This document shows, in pieces, positions 17,623 to 26,278 of a DNA stretch of 64,000 nucleotides (positions within the stretch are counted from its first letter, which is position 1; every line of letters starts with the position of its first letter). Location: sequence record SRR31156797_336. The stretch is one strand, 5' to 3'. A program made the translations under genes and the position numbers. The notes beneath the pieces are model-generated. The model saw nothing but the letters and a program-made list of their open reading frames with translations. It was not told where the DNA came from and did no database searches.

Positions 17623-18687
17623 ATGAATTTTGAAAAATATACTACTATAGCTCTAAATATACTAAAAGAATTGATATCTATTCAATCTTATAGTAAAGAA
17701 GAGAATCAAGTAGCTGATTTGATGGAGAAGAAACTAAGTGAATTAGGCTACTCTGTTAATAGAAAAGGAAATAATGTTTGGGTTTTTAATAAGGATTTTA
17801 AAGAAGGTAAGCCTGTTTTACTGATGAATTCTCATTTAGATACAGTAAAGCCAAACGAAAAATGGACGAAAGAACCATTTACACCAGAAATATCTGAGGA
17901 TAAATTGTATGGTTTGGGAAGTAATGATGCCGGAGGTTGTTTGGTGTCTTTATTTGCTACATTTCTTGCCTTGGAAGAGACAGAACAAGATTTCAACAGA
18001 GTTTTTTGTGCATCTGCTGAAGAGGAGATCTCTGGTAAGAATGGATTTGAACTGGTGCAGCAGGAGATAGGTAGAATCGACGTTGGAATAGTAGGAGAAC
18101 CAACTCTTATGGAGATGGCTATTGCGGAGAAAGGTCTAATGGTTTTGGATTGTGAAGCAAAAGGAATTCCGGGGCATGCGGCCCGTAACGAAGGTTTAAA
18201 TGCCATTAATGTTGCCATGAAGGATATTGAATGGTTACATTCTTATGAATTCGAAAAGGAATCGGATATGCTGGGACCGGTGAAAATGACCGTAACTCAG
18301 GTAAATGCAGGGAAACAACACAATGTGATTCCATCATCCTGTAAGTTTGTGGTAGATGTAAGAACCAATGAGCATTATACCAACACAAAAGCATTTTCAA
18401 TTATTCAGAAACATTTGAAAAGTGATGCTATTGCCAGATCGTTTAGAATGAATTCATCGGGAATACCATTGGAACATCCATTAGTTCAGAATGGAATAAG
18501 CTTGAATATGAGCCATTATGGTTCACCAACAACATCCGATCAGGCGATAATGAAAGGTTTTCCTACACTTAAACTTGGACCAGGAGATTCGGCACGTTCA
18601 CACACAGCTGATGAGTTCATCTATGTGAAAGAAATTGGAGATGGCATCGAAAAATATTATAACTTGTTGAATGGACTAATTTTATAA
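17623..18687 (+). CDS. argE: M20 family acylornithine/acylcitrulline deacylase
   Basis: NSHLDTV, GSNDAGG, EEE, VGEPT, SHTADE; arg operon context; ATG 17623 preferred over TTG 17614. Confidence 0.88.
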   Translation: MNFEKYTTIALNILKELISIQSYSKEENQVADLMEKKLSELGYSVNRKGNNVWVFNKDFKEGKPVLLMNSHLDTVKPNEKWTKEPFTPEISEDKLYGLGSNDAGGCLVSLFATFLALEETEQDFNRVFCASAEEEISGKNGFELVQQEIGRIDVGIVGEPTLMEMAIAEKGLMVLDCEAKGIPGHAARNEGLNAINVAMKDIEWLHSYEFEKESDMLGPVKMTVTQVNAGKQHNVIPSSCKFVVDVRTNEHYTNTKAFSIIQKHLKSDAIARSFRMNSSGIPLEHPLVQNGISLNMSHYGSPTTSDQAIMKGFPTLKLGPGDSARSHTADEFIYVKEIGDGIEKYYNLLNGLIL

Positions 18688-18833
18688 ATTAATAATTAGT
18701 AGTTGTGAATTATTTATGAGGATATAAATGATTCATAACTTGCAGCTTGAGGCTGATAGCTGATGGATTTAAAATTAAGAGATAAGCAATATCAACACAC
18801 TAATTTGAGAAATACATACCTAAAACACAAAAT

Positions 18834-20171
18834 ATGAAACTTTGGGACAAAGGCATAAAAGTCGATAAGAAAATTGAACAATTTACAGTTGGAAAAGATC
18901 GTGAATTAGACCTTCAATTGGCAGCTTTCGACATTTTAGGCACATTGGCACATATTGAAATGCTAGAATCAATTGATTTGCTTAAAAAAGATGAATTAAA
19001 GCAAATACAGGAAGAATTGCGCAAGATTTATTCAACGATTAAAAATGAAGCTTTTGTAATTGAAGATGGAGTGGAGGATGTTCATTCGCAAATAGAAGTT
19101 TTATTGACTGAGGAGTTGGGTGATGTAGGTAAGAAAATACACAGTGGACGATCAAGAAACGATCAGGTTTTACTTGATCTGAAATTATTTACCAGAAACA
19201 AGCTGGAAGAAATTGTTCGCGAGGCAAGATTACTGTTCGATGAATTGATTTCTAAAAGTAATCAATACAAAAAGGTATTGATGCCAGGATATACGCATTT
19301 ACAGGTTGCAATGCCTTCTTCATTCGGACTTTGGTTTGGTTCTTATGCCGAAAGTTTAACCGATGACCTAATGGTTTTGCAATCCGCTTACAAGGTGGTG
19401 AATCAGAATCCACTAGGATCTGGAGCAGGTTATGGTTCTTCTTTCCCTTTAAATCGTCAAATGACTACAGATTTACTAGGATTTAGAGATTTAAGCTACA
19501 ATGTGGTGTATGCACAAATGGGACGTGGTAAAATGGAATTTACCGTTTTGTCTGCACTGGCAAATATGGCAATGACCATTGGTAAACTGGCTATGGATGC
19601 CTGTTTGTACAACAGTCAGAACTTTAACTTTCTAAGTTTCCCTGATGAGCTAACAACAGGAAGCAGTATCATGCCTCACAAGAAGAATCCAGATGTGTTC
19701 GAAATGATTCGTGCAAATGCCAATGCCTTGCAGATGCTTCCTGCTCAAATTCAGGCGGTAACCTCAAATTTGCCATCAGGATATCACCGAGATTACCAAT
19801 TGACCAAGGAATTCTTTATGCCTGCCTTCGATAAGATGTTGGCTTGTATCGAAATGACAAGAATAATGCTTTCAGAAGTGAAAATCAATAAAGATATCCT
19901 TAACGATGACAGATATCAATATTTGTTTACCGTTGAAGAGGTTAATAGATTGGTATTAAAAGGAACTCCTTTTCGTGATGCTTACAAAGAAGTGGGGCAA
20001 ATTGTAGAAAAAGGTGAATTTAAATACAACGGCAAACTAAAATATGTACACGAAGGAAGTATTGGGAATTTGTGTAACGATAAAATCGTAAATAAGATGA
20101 ATGAAATATTTGTTGGTTTTAACTTTAACAGAACCAAAGAGGCTTATATGAACCTATTAAATAGAATATAG
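18834..20171 (+). CDS. argH: Argininosuccinate lyase
   Basis: HSGRSRNDQ, MPGYTHLQ, GSSIMPHKKNPD. Confidence 0.97.
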   Translation: MKLWDKGIKVDKKIEQFTVGKDRELDLQLAAFDILGTLAHIEMLESIDLLKKDELKQIQEELRKIYSTIKNEAFVIEDGVEDVHSQIEVLLTEELGDVGKKIHSGRSRNDQVLLDLKLFTRNKLEEIVREARLLFDELISKSNQYKKVLMPGYTHLQVAMPSSFGLWFGSYAESLTDDLMVLQSAYKVVNQNPLGSGAGYGSSFPLNRQMTTDLLGFRDLSYNVVYAQMGRGKMEFTVLSALANMAMTIGKLAMDACLYNSQNFNFLSFPDELTTGSSIMPHKKNPDVFEMIRANANALQMLPAQIQAVTSNLPSGYHRDYQLTKEFFMPAFDKMLACIEMTRIMLSEVKINKDILNDDRYQYLFTVEEVNRLVLKGTPFRDAYKEVGQIVEKGEFKYNGKLKYVHEGSIGNLCNDKIVNKMNEIFVGFNFNRTKEAYMNLLNRI

Positions 20172-20227
20172 CAGGTATTTCACTTAACTATTAATTAGAA
20201 TTTTTATAACCATTTTATAGTACTTTT

Positions 20228-21325
20228 ATGTCACAACAGACAAAAGCAAAATTGATTTTACAGGATGGTTCCGAATTTATCGGAACATCCTTTGGTCACC
20301 AGGAATCTATTGCTGGTGAAATGGTGTTTAACACTGCAATGACCGGATATCCTGAAAGTCTTACAGATCCATCCTACAAAGGACAAATACTGGTAAGTAC
20401 TTTCCCACTAATTGGTAACTACGGTGTTCCGGGAACACTTCAGAAAGACGAGTTGTTCCGCTTTTATGAATCTGAAAAGATTCAGGTCTCTGCTTTTATT
20501 GTATCGGATTACACCGAAGAATTCAGTCACTGGAATGCGAGTCTAAGTCTTGGAGACTGGATGAAACAGCACAAGATTCCGGGTCTTTATGGTATTGATA
20601 CACGAGCCTTAACCAAGAAACTTCGAGAACAAGGAAGCATGCTTGCTAAGATTGTGTTTGAAGAACAGGATGTAGCTTTGATAGATCCTAACCTTGAAAA
20701 TTTAGTTGCCAAGGTAAGCACCTCAGAAAAGAAGGTGTATGGAGAAGGAAAGCACAAAGTACTCCTTTTAGATTGCGGCGTAAAGAACAATATCATTCGA
20801 TGTTTACTAAAGCGTGATACTACGGTAATACGTGTGCCTCACGATTACGATTTCTCACAGGAAGAATACGATGGGTTGTTCATATCTAACGGACCGGGAG
20901 ATCCAAAGCAGAATACTACTGCGATAGCAAATCTTAAAAATGCTTTCAATCAGGATACTCCAATCATGGGGATTTGCCTGGGAACACAATTGATGGCTTT
21001 AGCCGCCGGGGCAGATACTTACAAGCTAAAATACGGTCACAGATCTCACAATCAGCCTGTAGTTTTAAAGGGAACCAAGCGATGTTTCATTACCTCTCAA
21101 AACCATGGTTATGCAATTAATAATGATACTCTACCAAAGGAATGGGAGCCATTATTTATCAATGCCAATGATGATACTTGCGAAGGAATAAAGCACGTTT
21201 CCAAGCCTTTCTTTGCCTCTCAGTTTCATCCTGAGGCATCAAGTGGACCAACTGATACGGAGTTCCTTTTCGATGATTTCATTAAAATGATGGAAGAGTT
21301 CAAGTTAAAAAAGGAAAAAGTATAA
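20228..21325 (+). CDS. carA: Carbamoyl-phosphate synthase small subunit
   Basis: FNTAMTGY, SNGPGDP, GICLG, QFHPEA. Confidence 0.97.
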   Translation: MSQQTKAKLILQDGSEFIGTSFGHQESIAGEMVFNTAMTGYPESLTDPSYKGQILVSTFPLIGNYGVPGTLQKDELFRFYESEKIQVSAFIVSDYTEEFSHWNASLSLGDWMKQHKIPGLYGIDTRALTKKLREQGSMLAKIVFEEQDVALIDPNLENLVAKVSTSEKKVYGEGKHKVLLLDCGVKNNIIRCLLKRDTTVIRVPHDYDFSQEEYDGLFISNGPGDPKQNTTAIANLKNAFNQDTPIMGICLGTQLMALAAGADTYKLKYGHRSHNQPVVLKGTKRCFITSQNHGYAINNDTLPKEWEPLFINANDDTCEGIKHVSKPFFASQFHPEASSGPTDTEFLFDDFIKMMEEFKLKKEKV

Positions 21326-21377
21326 GGTAATTGATGAATTACCACCTGCTTTAGCTGGTGGATTAAAGAAGACAAAA

Positions 21378-24300
21378 ATGAAAAAAGACAACATAAAGAA
21401 AGTACTCGTATTAGGCTCAGGAGCACTTAAGATTGGTGAAGCTGGTGAATTTGATTATTCCGGATCTCAGGCATTAAAAGCCATGAAAGAAGAAGGCATT
21501 CAAACTGTATTGATCAATCCCAATATCGCCACCGTACAAACTTCCAAGGGAGTTGCCGATCAAATCTATTTTTTGCCGGTTACTCCCTTTTTTGTGGAAG
21601 AAGTCATCTTAAAAGAAAAACCAGATGGTATTCTGCTTGCATTTGGTGGGCAAACTGCTCTTAATTGTGGTATAGAGCTTTTCGAAAATGGAATTCTTGA
21701 AAAGTACAACCTTCAGGTTTTAGGTACTCCTATCGAGACCATTATTAAAACCGAAGACCGTGAGATATTTGCCAACGAGCTTCGCAAGATTGATGTTAAA
21801 ACCCCACAATCATATGCCGTAGGATCTATTGATGGAGCTGTAGATGCTGCTGAGAAATTAGGTTTCCCAATCATCATACGTGCTGCCTTTACGCTTGGAG
21901 GACAAGGTTCAGGTTTCTGTTCCAATATGGAGGAGCTAAAAGCTTTAGCAGAGAATGCTTTATCTTACTCTAGTCAAATTTTGGTAGAAGAATCACTAAA
22001 AGGATGGAAAGAGGTAGAGTACGAAGTGGTTCGTGATGCTTATGACAACTGTATTACTGTTTGTAATATGGAGAATTTCGATCCTTTGGGAATCCATACA
22101 GGAGAGAGTATCGTAATTGCACCATCGCAAACGCTAACCAATTCAGAATATCACAAGCTAAGATCCTTGGCGATCAAGATCATACGTCACATGGGAGTTG
22201 TGGGAGAGTGTAACGTACAGTACGCTTTAGATCCTAACTCGGAAGATTACCGTGTAATTGAGGTGAATGCACGTTTGTCACGTTCATCAGCCCTGGCATC
22301 GAAAGCAACGGGTTATCCATTGGCTTTTGTTGCAGCTAAATTGGGCTTGGGATATGCATTGCATGAACTGAAAAATACCGTAACTCAAACTACAACGGCT
22401 TGTTTCGAACCAGCTCTTGACTATGTGGTATGTAAGATTCCTCGTTGGGATTTGAACAAGTTCGAAGGAGTTACTAAGGAGATTGGCTCAAGCATGAAGT
22501 CTGTTGGAGAGGTTATGGCAATTGGTCGAAACTTCGAGGAAGCTGTTCAGAAAGGATTGCGTATGATTGGTCAAGGAATGCATGGTTTTGTGGGGAATGT
22601 ACATTCTAAGTTCGAGGATGTAGATTACGAGTTGACTCACCCTACCGATATGCGTATTTTTTCTATCGCGCAAGCATTTGAACAAGGCTATTCTATCGAT
22701 AAGATTCACGATCTGACTAAGATTGACAAGTGGTTCCTAAGCAAACTGGAACACATTACAAAGATTAAGTGGGATCTACAGAAAAATAAGAATTTACAGC
22801 AATTACCTAAAGAATTGCTTAAGGCTGCTAAAGTATATGGTTTCTCCGATTTTCAGATTGCTCGTTTCGTGTTAAAGCCCGAAGCTACCAATATGGAAGA
22901 TGAGCTTTTACAGGTACGTAAGCTTCGTAAGGAGTACGGTATTGTTCCTGTAGTGAAGCAAATTGATACACTCGCTGCGGAGTATCCGGCACAAACCAAT
23001 TACATTTATCTTACCTATAGTGGCGATGAAAACGACATCACTTACGTGGATGACAATCAATCGGTAATCGTTTTGGGATCGGGAGCGTATCGTATTGGTT
23101 CATCGGTAGAATTCGACTGGTGTAGCGTAAATGCATTAAATGCAGTAAATAAAGAAGGATTGCGATCGGTAATGATCAACTACAATCCGGAAACGGTAAG
23201 TACCGATTACGATGTGTGTGACCGATTGTATTTCGACGAGCTTTCTTTTGAAAGAGTATTGGATATCATCGATTTAGAATCACCACGAGGTGTAATTGTA
23301 TCGGTAGGAGGACAGATTCCACAAAACTTATCCATGCGTTTGCATAAGGCAGATGTAAAGGTATTGGGAACTTCTCCTGAATCAATCGACAGAGCAGAGA
23401 ATCGTCAGACTTTCTCAGCCATGCTGGATGAGTTGAAAGTAGATCAACCTCGTTGGAATGAGCTAACCAGTAAGGAAGCCATCAACGACTTTATAGCAGA
23501 GGTTGGATTCCCTGTTTTGATACGTCCAAGTTATGTATTATCGGGAGCAGCTATGAATGTGGTATCAAACCCTGATGAATTGGGACATTTCTTGGACTTA
23601 GCTGCCCAGGTATCAAAGCAATACCCTGTAGTAGTAAGTGAGTTTATACAGGAAGCAAAGGAGATTGAGTTCGATGGAGTTGCTAAGAATGGTGAAATTG
23701 TAATTGATGCCATATCGGAGCACGTAGAGTTTGCCGGAGTGCACTCGGGTGATGCTACGCTGGTATTTCCTCCTCAGAAGCTGTATTTTGAAACCATACG
23801 CCGTATTCGTAAGATAGCTGGTAAAATTGCAAAATCGCTCGACATTACCGGACCATTCAACATGCAGTTGCTGGCAAAAGACAACGACATTAAGGTAATT
23901 GAGTGTAATCTTCGTGCTAGTCGTAGTTTCCCATTCGTTTCGAAAGTAATGGACTTTAATTTCGTGGAAACAGCTACACAGGCTATGCTCGATGTCAACA
24001 TTCCTAACAATCGACCATCCATGTTCGAGTTGGAGCATATTGGTGTAAAAGCCTCTCAATTCTCCTTCTCAAGACTGTCAAAAGCCGATCCTGTATTGGG
24101 TGTAGACATGTCCTCAACAGGTGAAGTGGGCTGTTTGGGCGCCGATTACTACGATGCCATATTAAAAGCTATGATATCAGTTGGTTATCGCATACCGAAG
24201 AAAGCTGTACTAATTAGTAGTGGTCCTATTCGCTCGAAGATTGAGCTTTTAAAGAGTTCAAAGATGCTGGAAGAGCGTGGCTACAAGCTTTACGGAACAA

Positions 24301-24620
24301 GAGGTACTGCAAAATTCCTTGAGGAGAATGGTGTGAAGATAGAAAGTGTAGGTTGGCCTGATGAAGATACCGAGAAAAATGCAGTAAGCCTGATTCGTAA
24401 CCGTGAGGTTGATTTCGTGGTAAACATTCCGAAAAACTTAAGCAAAACGGAATTAAATAACGATTATCAAATCAGAAGAACCGCAATTGACCTAAACGTA
24501 CCATTGGTAACCAATGCACGTTTGGCATCTGCCTTTATCTATTCATTTTGCAAAAAATCACAATCTGATTTAGCAATTGATAGCTTTAGCGATTACGTGG
24601 AGCAAAAGCAGGAGTGGTAG
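21378..24620 (+). CDS. carB: Carbamoyl-phosphate synthase large subunit
   Basis: GEFDYSGSQA, two ATP-grasp halves, C-terminal MGS domain. Confidence 0.98.
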   Translation: MKKDNIKKVLVLGSGALKIGEAGEFDYSGSQALKAMKEEGIQTVLINPNIATVQTSKGVADQIYFLPVTPFFVEEVILKEKPDGILLAFGGQTALNCGIELFENGILEKYNLQVLGTPIETIIKTEDREIFANELRKIDVKTPQSYAVGSIDGAVDAAEKLGFPIIIRAAFTLGGQGSGFCSNMEELKALAENALSYSSQILVEESLKGWKEVEYEVVRDAYDNCITVCNMENFDPLGIHTGESIVIAPSQTLTNSEYHKLRSLAIKIIRHMGVVGECNVQYALDPNSEDYRVIEVNARLSRSSALASKATGYPLAFVAAKLGLGYALHELKNTVTQTTTACFEPALDYVVCKIPRWDLNKFEGVTKEIGSSMKSVGEVMAIGRNFEEAVQKGLRMIGQGMHGFVGNVHSKFEDVDYELTHPTDMRIFSIAQAFEQGYSIDKIHDLTKIDKWFLSKLEHITKIKWDLQKNKNLQQLPKELLKAAKVYGFSDFQIARFVLKPEATNMEDELLQVRKLRKEYGIVPVVKQIDTLAAEYPAQTNYIYLTYSGDENDITYVDDNQSVIVLGSGAYRIGSSVEFDWCSVNALNAVNKEGLRSVMINYNPETVSTDYDVCDRLYFDELSFERVLDIIDLESPRGVIVSVGGQIPQNLSMRLHKADVKVLGTSPESIDRAENRQTFSAMLDELKVDQPRWNELTSKEAINDFIAEVGFPVLIRPSYVLSGAAMNVVSNPDELGHFLDLAAQVSKQYPVVVSEFIQEAKEIEFDGVAKNGEIVIDAISEHVEFAGVHSGDATLVFPPQKLYFETIRRIRKIAGKIAKSLDITGPFNMQLLAKDNDIKVIECNLRASRSFPFVSKVMDFNFVETATQAMLDVNIPNNRPSMFELEHIGVKASQFSFSRLSKADPVLGVDMSSTGEVGCLGADYYDAILKAMISVGYRIPKKAVLISSGPIRSKIELLKSSKMLEERGYKLYGTRGTAKFLEENGVKIESVGWPDEDTEKNAVSLIRNREVDFVVNIPKNLSKTELNNDYQIRRTAIDLNVPLVTNARLASAFIYSFCKKSQSDLAIDSFSDYVEQKQEW

Positions 24621-24645
24621 AAGACAACAAGTGTATATAAATAGT

Positions 24646-24681
24646 AAACCTGTCAGGATTTAAAATCCTGACAGGTTTTTT
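24646..24681 (+). terminator. Palindromic terminator / REP-like hairpin after carB
   Basis: AAACCTGTCAGGATT-TAA-AATCCTGACAGGTTT plus T run. Confidence 0.8.
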
Positions 24682-24999
24682 GTTTGAGCAACCTAAAAAC
24701 ATCATAGAACTGTCAGCTTTTATCTATCAAAACAGAAGCAAACGCGGTCAAATCCAAGGAAACCAAAAGATTCAAATGAACCCACAATTTAGAAGAGAAA
24801 TGTTCCTAGTGTATGATCAAGTGTTTTCCTCCCTTATAGCCAAACCTTTTCCTCGTTAGTGGGAAAACTAAAATCACGTACTAGGGAAAGCTTCGGGAGC
24901 GAGTGAGGGAAGGAGTGGGGAGTACACTGGAAAAAGGTTGGGGAGCAATAAAGGAAAATTTAGAGCAAAATAAAAGCCGGAACATCCGGCTTTAGTAAT

Positions 25000-25695
25000 T
25001 TATTGTACTGTTAGTGTTTTGGCATAAGAGCCAATGCTTAACTTCTTATTGTTTTTGTGAATGCTTCTAACTTGAAGTTTGTAATTGCCTGCTACCAAAG
25101 TGGCAGGTATTTGAAAAATTTGGGTAGAATCCGTATTGGTCACGTAAACCGTAACTCTGTGTTCCGTTCCATCATCAGCAATAAAGAAAATTCCTTGTGT
25201 AGTATCTGCTTCTTCAGATTTTAAGCGCTTCCCTTTTAGTTCACCAATTCCACCAGGAGATGCAATGTCGATCTCTTCAGTATTTGTGTGATCGGTAAAG
25301 CTGTAAATATCTACAAGTGCAGATTTAGGTTCAATTTTATGAAGCTTTGTTTCTTCAGCTGCCTTTTTTAAGAGAACCCCAGGAGTTGAATTAAAGCGAA
25401 GTTTGTGTCGGTTCACATCGAAACTATCGTTAAAATCATCAAAAACTCCGGTGATACTTGGTGAAATATTTATCAATGGAGTATTAATGGCATAGCCTTT
25501 TTCCAAACTTTCGGTTACCACCGTTTCAAGACGTTTGAAAATACTTTCTGCCTCGTAAGGAGTTATTCCTGTACCTTCTTTACAACATTCATTTATCAGA
25601 TCTTCTCGATTTAAAACCCGAATTGGAGATGGCTTAGCAATACAATCATTCGGATCTTCAGTCAACATGTTTAAATTTAAATAGTATTCAATCAT
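25000..25695 (-). CDS. HU-like DNA-binding domain plus DUF4469-type Ig-like domain protein
   Basis: N-terminal L..N.LT.DP.D..A and GYAINTPL..SPSITGVF; C-terminal G.RLK..D..QGIFF, IP..L..G.Y.L.V. Confidence 0.7.
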   Translation of the reverse strand: MIEYYLNLNMLTEDPNDCIAKPSPIRVLNREDLINECCKEGTGITPYEAESIFKRLETVVTESLEKGYAINTPLINISPSITGVFDDFNDSFDVNRHKLRFNSTPGVLLKKAAEETKLHKIEPKSALVDIYSFTDHTNTEEIDIASPGGIGELKGKRLKSEEADTTQGIFFIADDGTEHRVTVYVTNTDSTQIFQIPATLVAGNYKLQVRSIHKNNKKLSIGSYAKTLTVQ

Positions 25696-26278
25696 TATTT
25701 TAATTGTTAAAAGGTTAATATTAAAACTCTTATCACTATTAAATTTAGGATATAATTATTTGTCAGAAAAGTTAAAAGATATTAATATGTTAATAATAGA
25801 TTTTTCTTCCCATGTTTAGATAACTCACATGTGTAGTATTTATAGGTAAAGTAGCTGGTAAGGATAATATCTTTAGTAGATCGTTATTTATAATGAAAGT
25901 TTTGAATTGTAAGAAAACGAAAAATATATTTTATAATTAATTATAAATTTCTTAATAAGAATTCCATCTAGGTAGGATAAGTTACCTGTTAAGTATGTTA
26001 ATATGTCTATTAATACACACTTACAATTTTTTCAATGTTTTTATTCAATATTTATATTGTTTCATTATAAAAACAATACCGATCACGAAACTTGTGTTTT
26101 TGTATGACAAATAATAAACGATAAAAAAACTTATTTTGAGGGTTACCTTTTTCAGTTTTCAGGAATAAAGGGTTGTAATAAATAAATCTACTCTATCAAT
26201 TTACCGTGTGTTTTGACTCAGCACTCAGATGATGATTTGTTTATTGATTAATTACTATAAACTAAATTTATTTTACTT

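Noticed and set aside
20228-24620. carAB looks slightly more GC-rich, suggesting horizontal acquisition
   Set aside because: Impression only, not quantified; no mobility signatures, and expression-related codon bias would explain it
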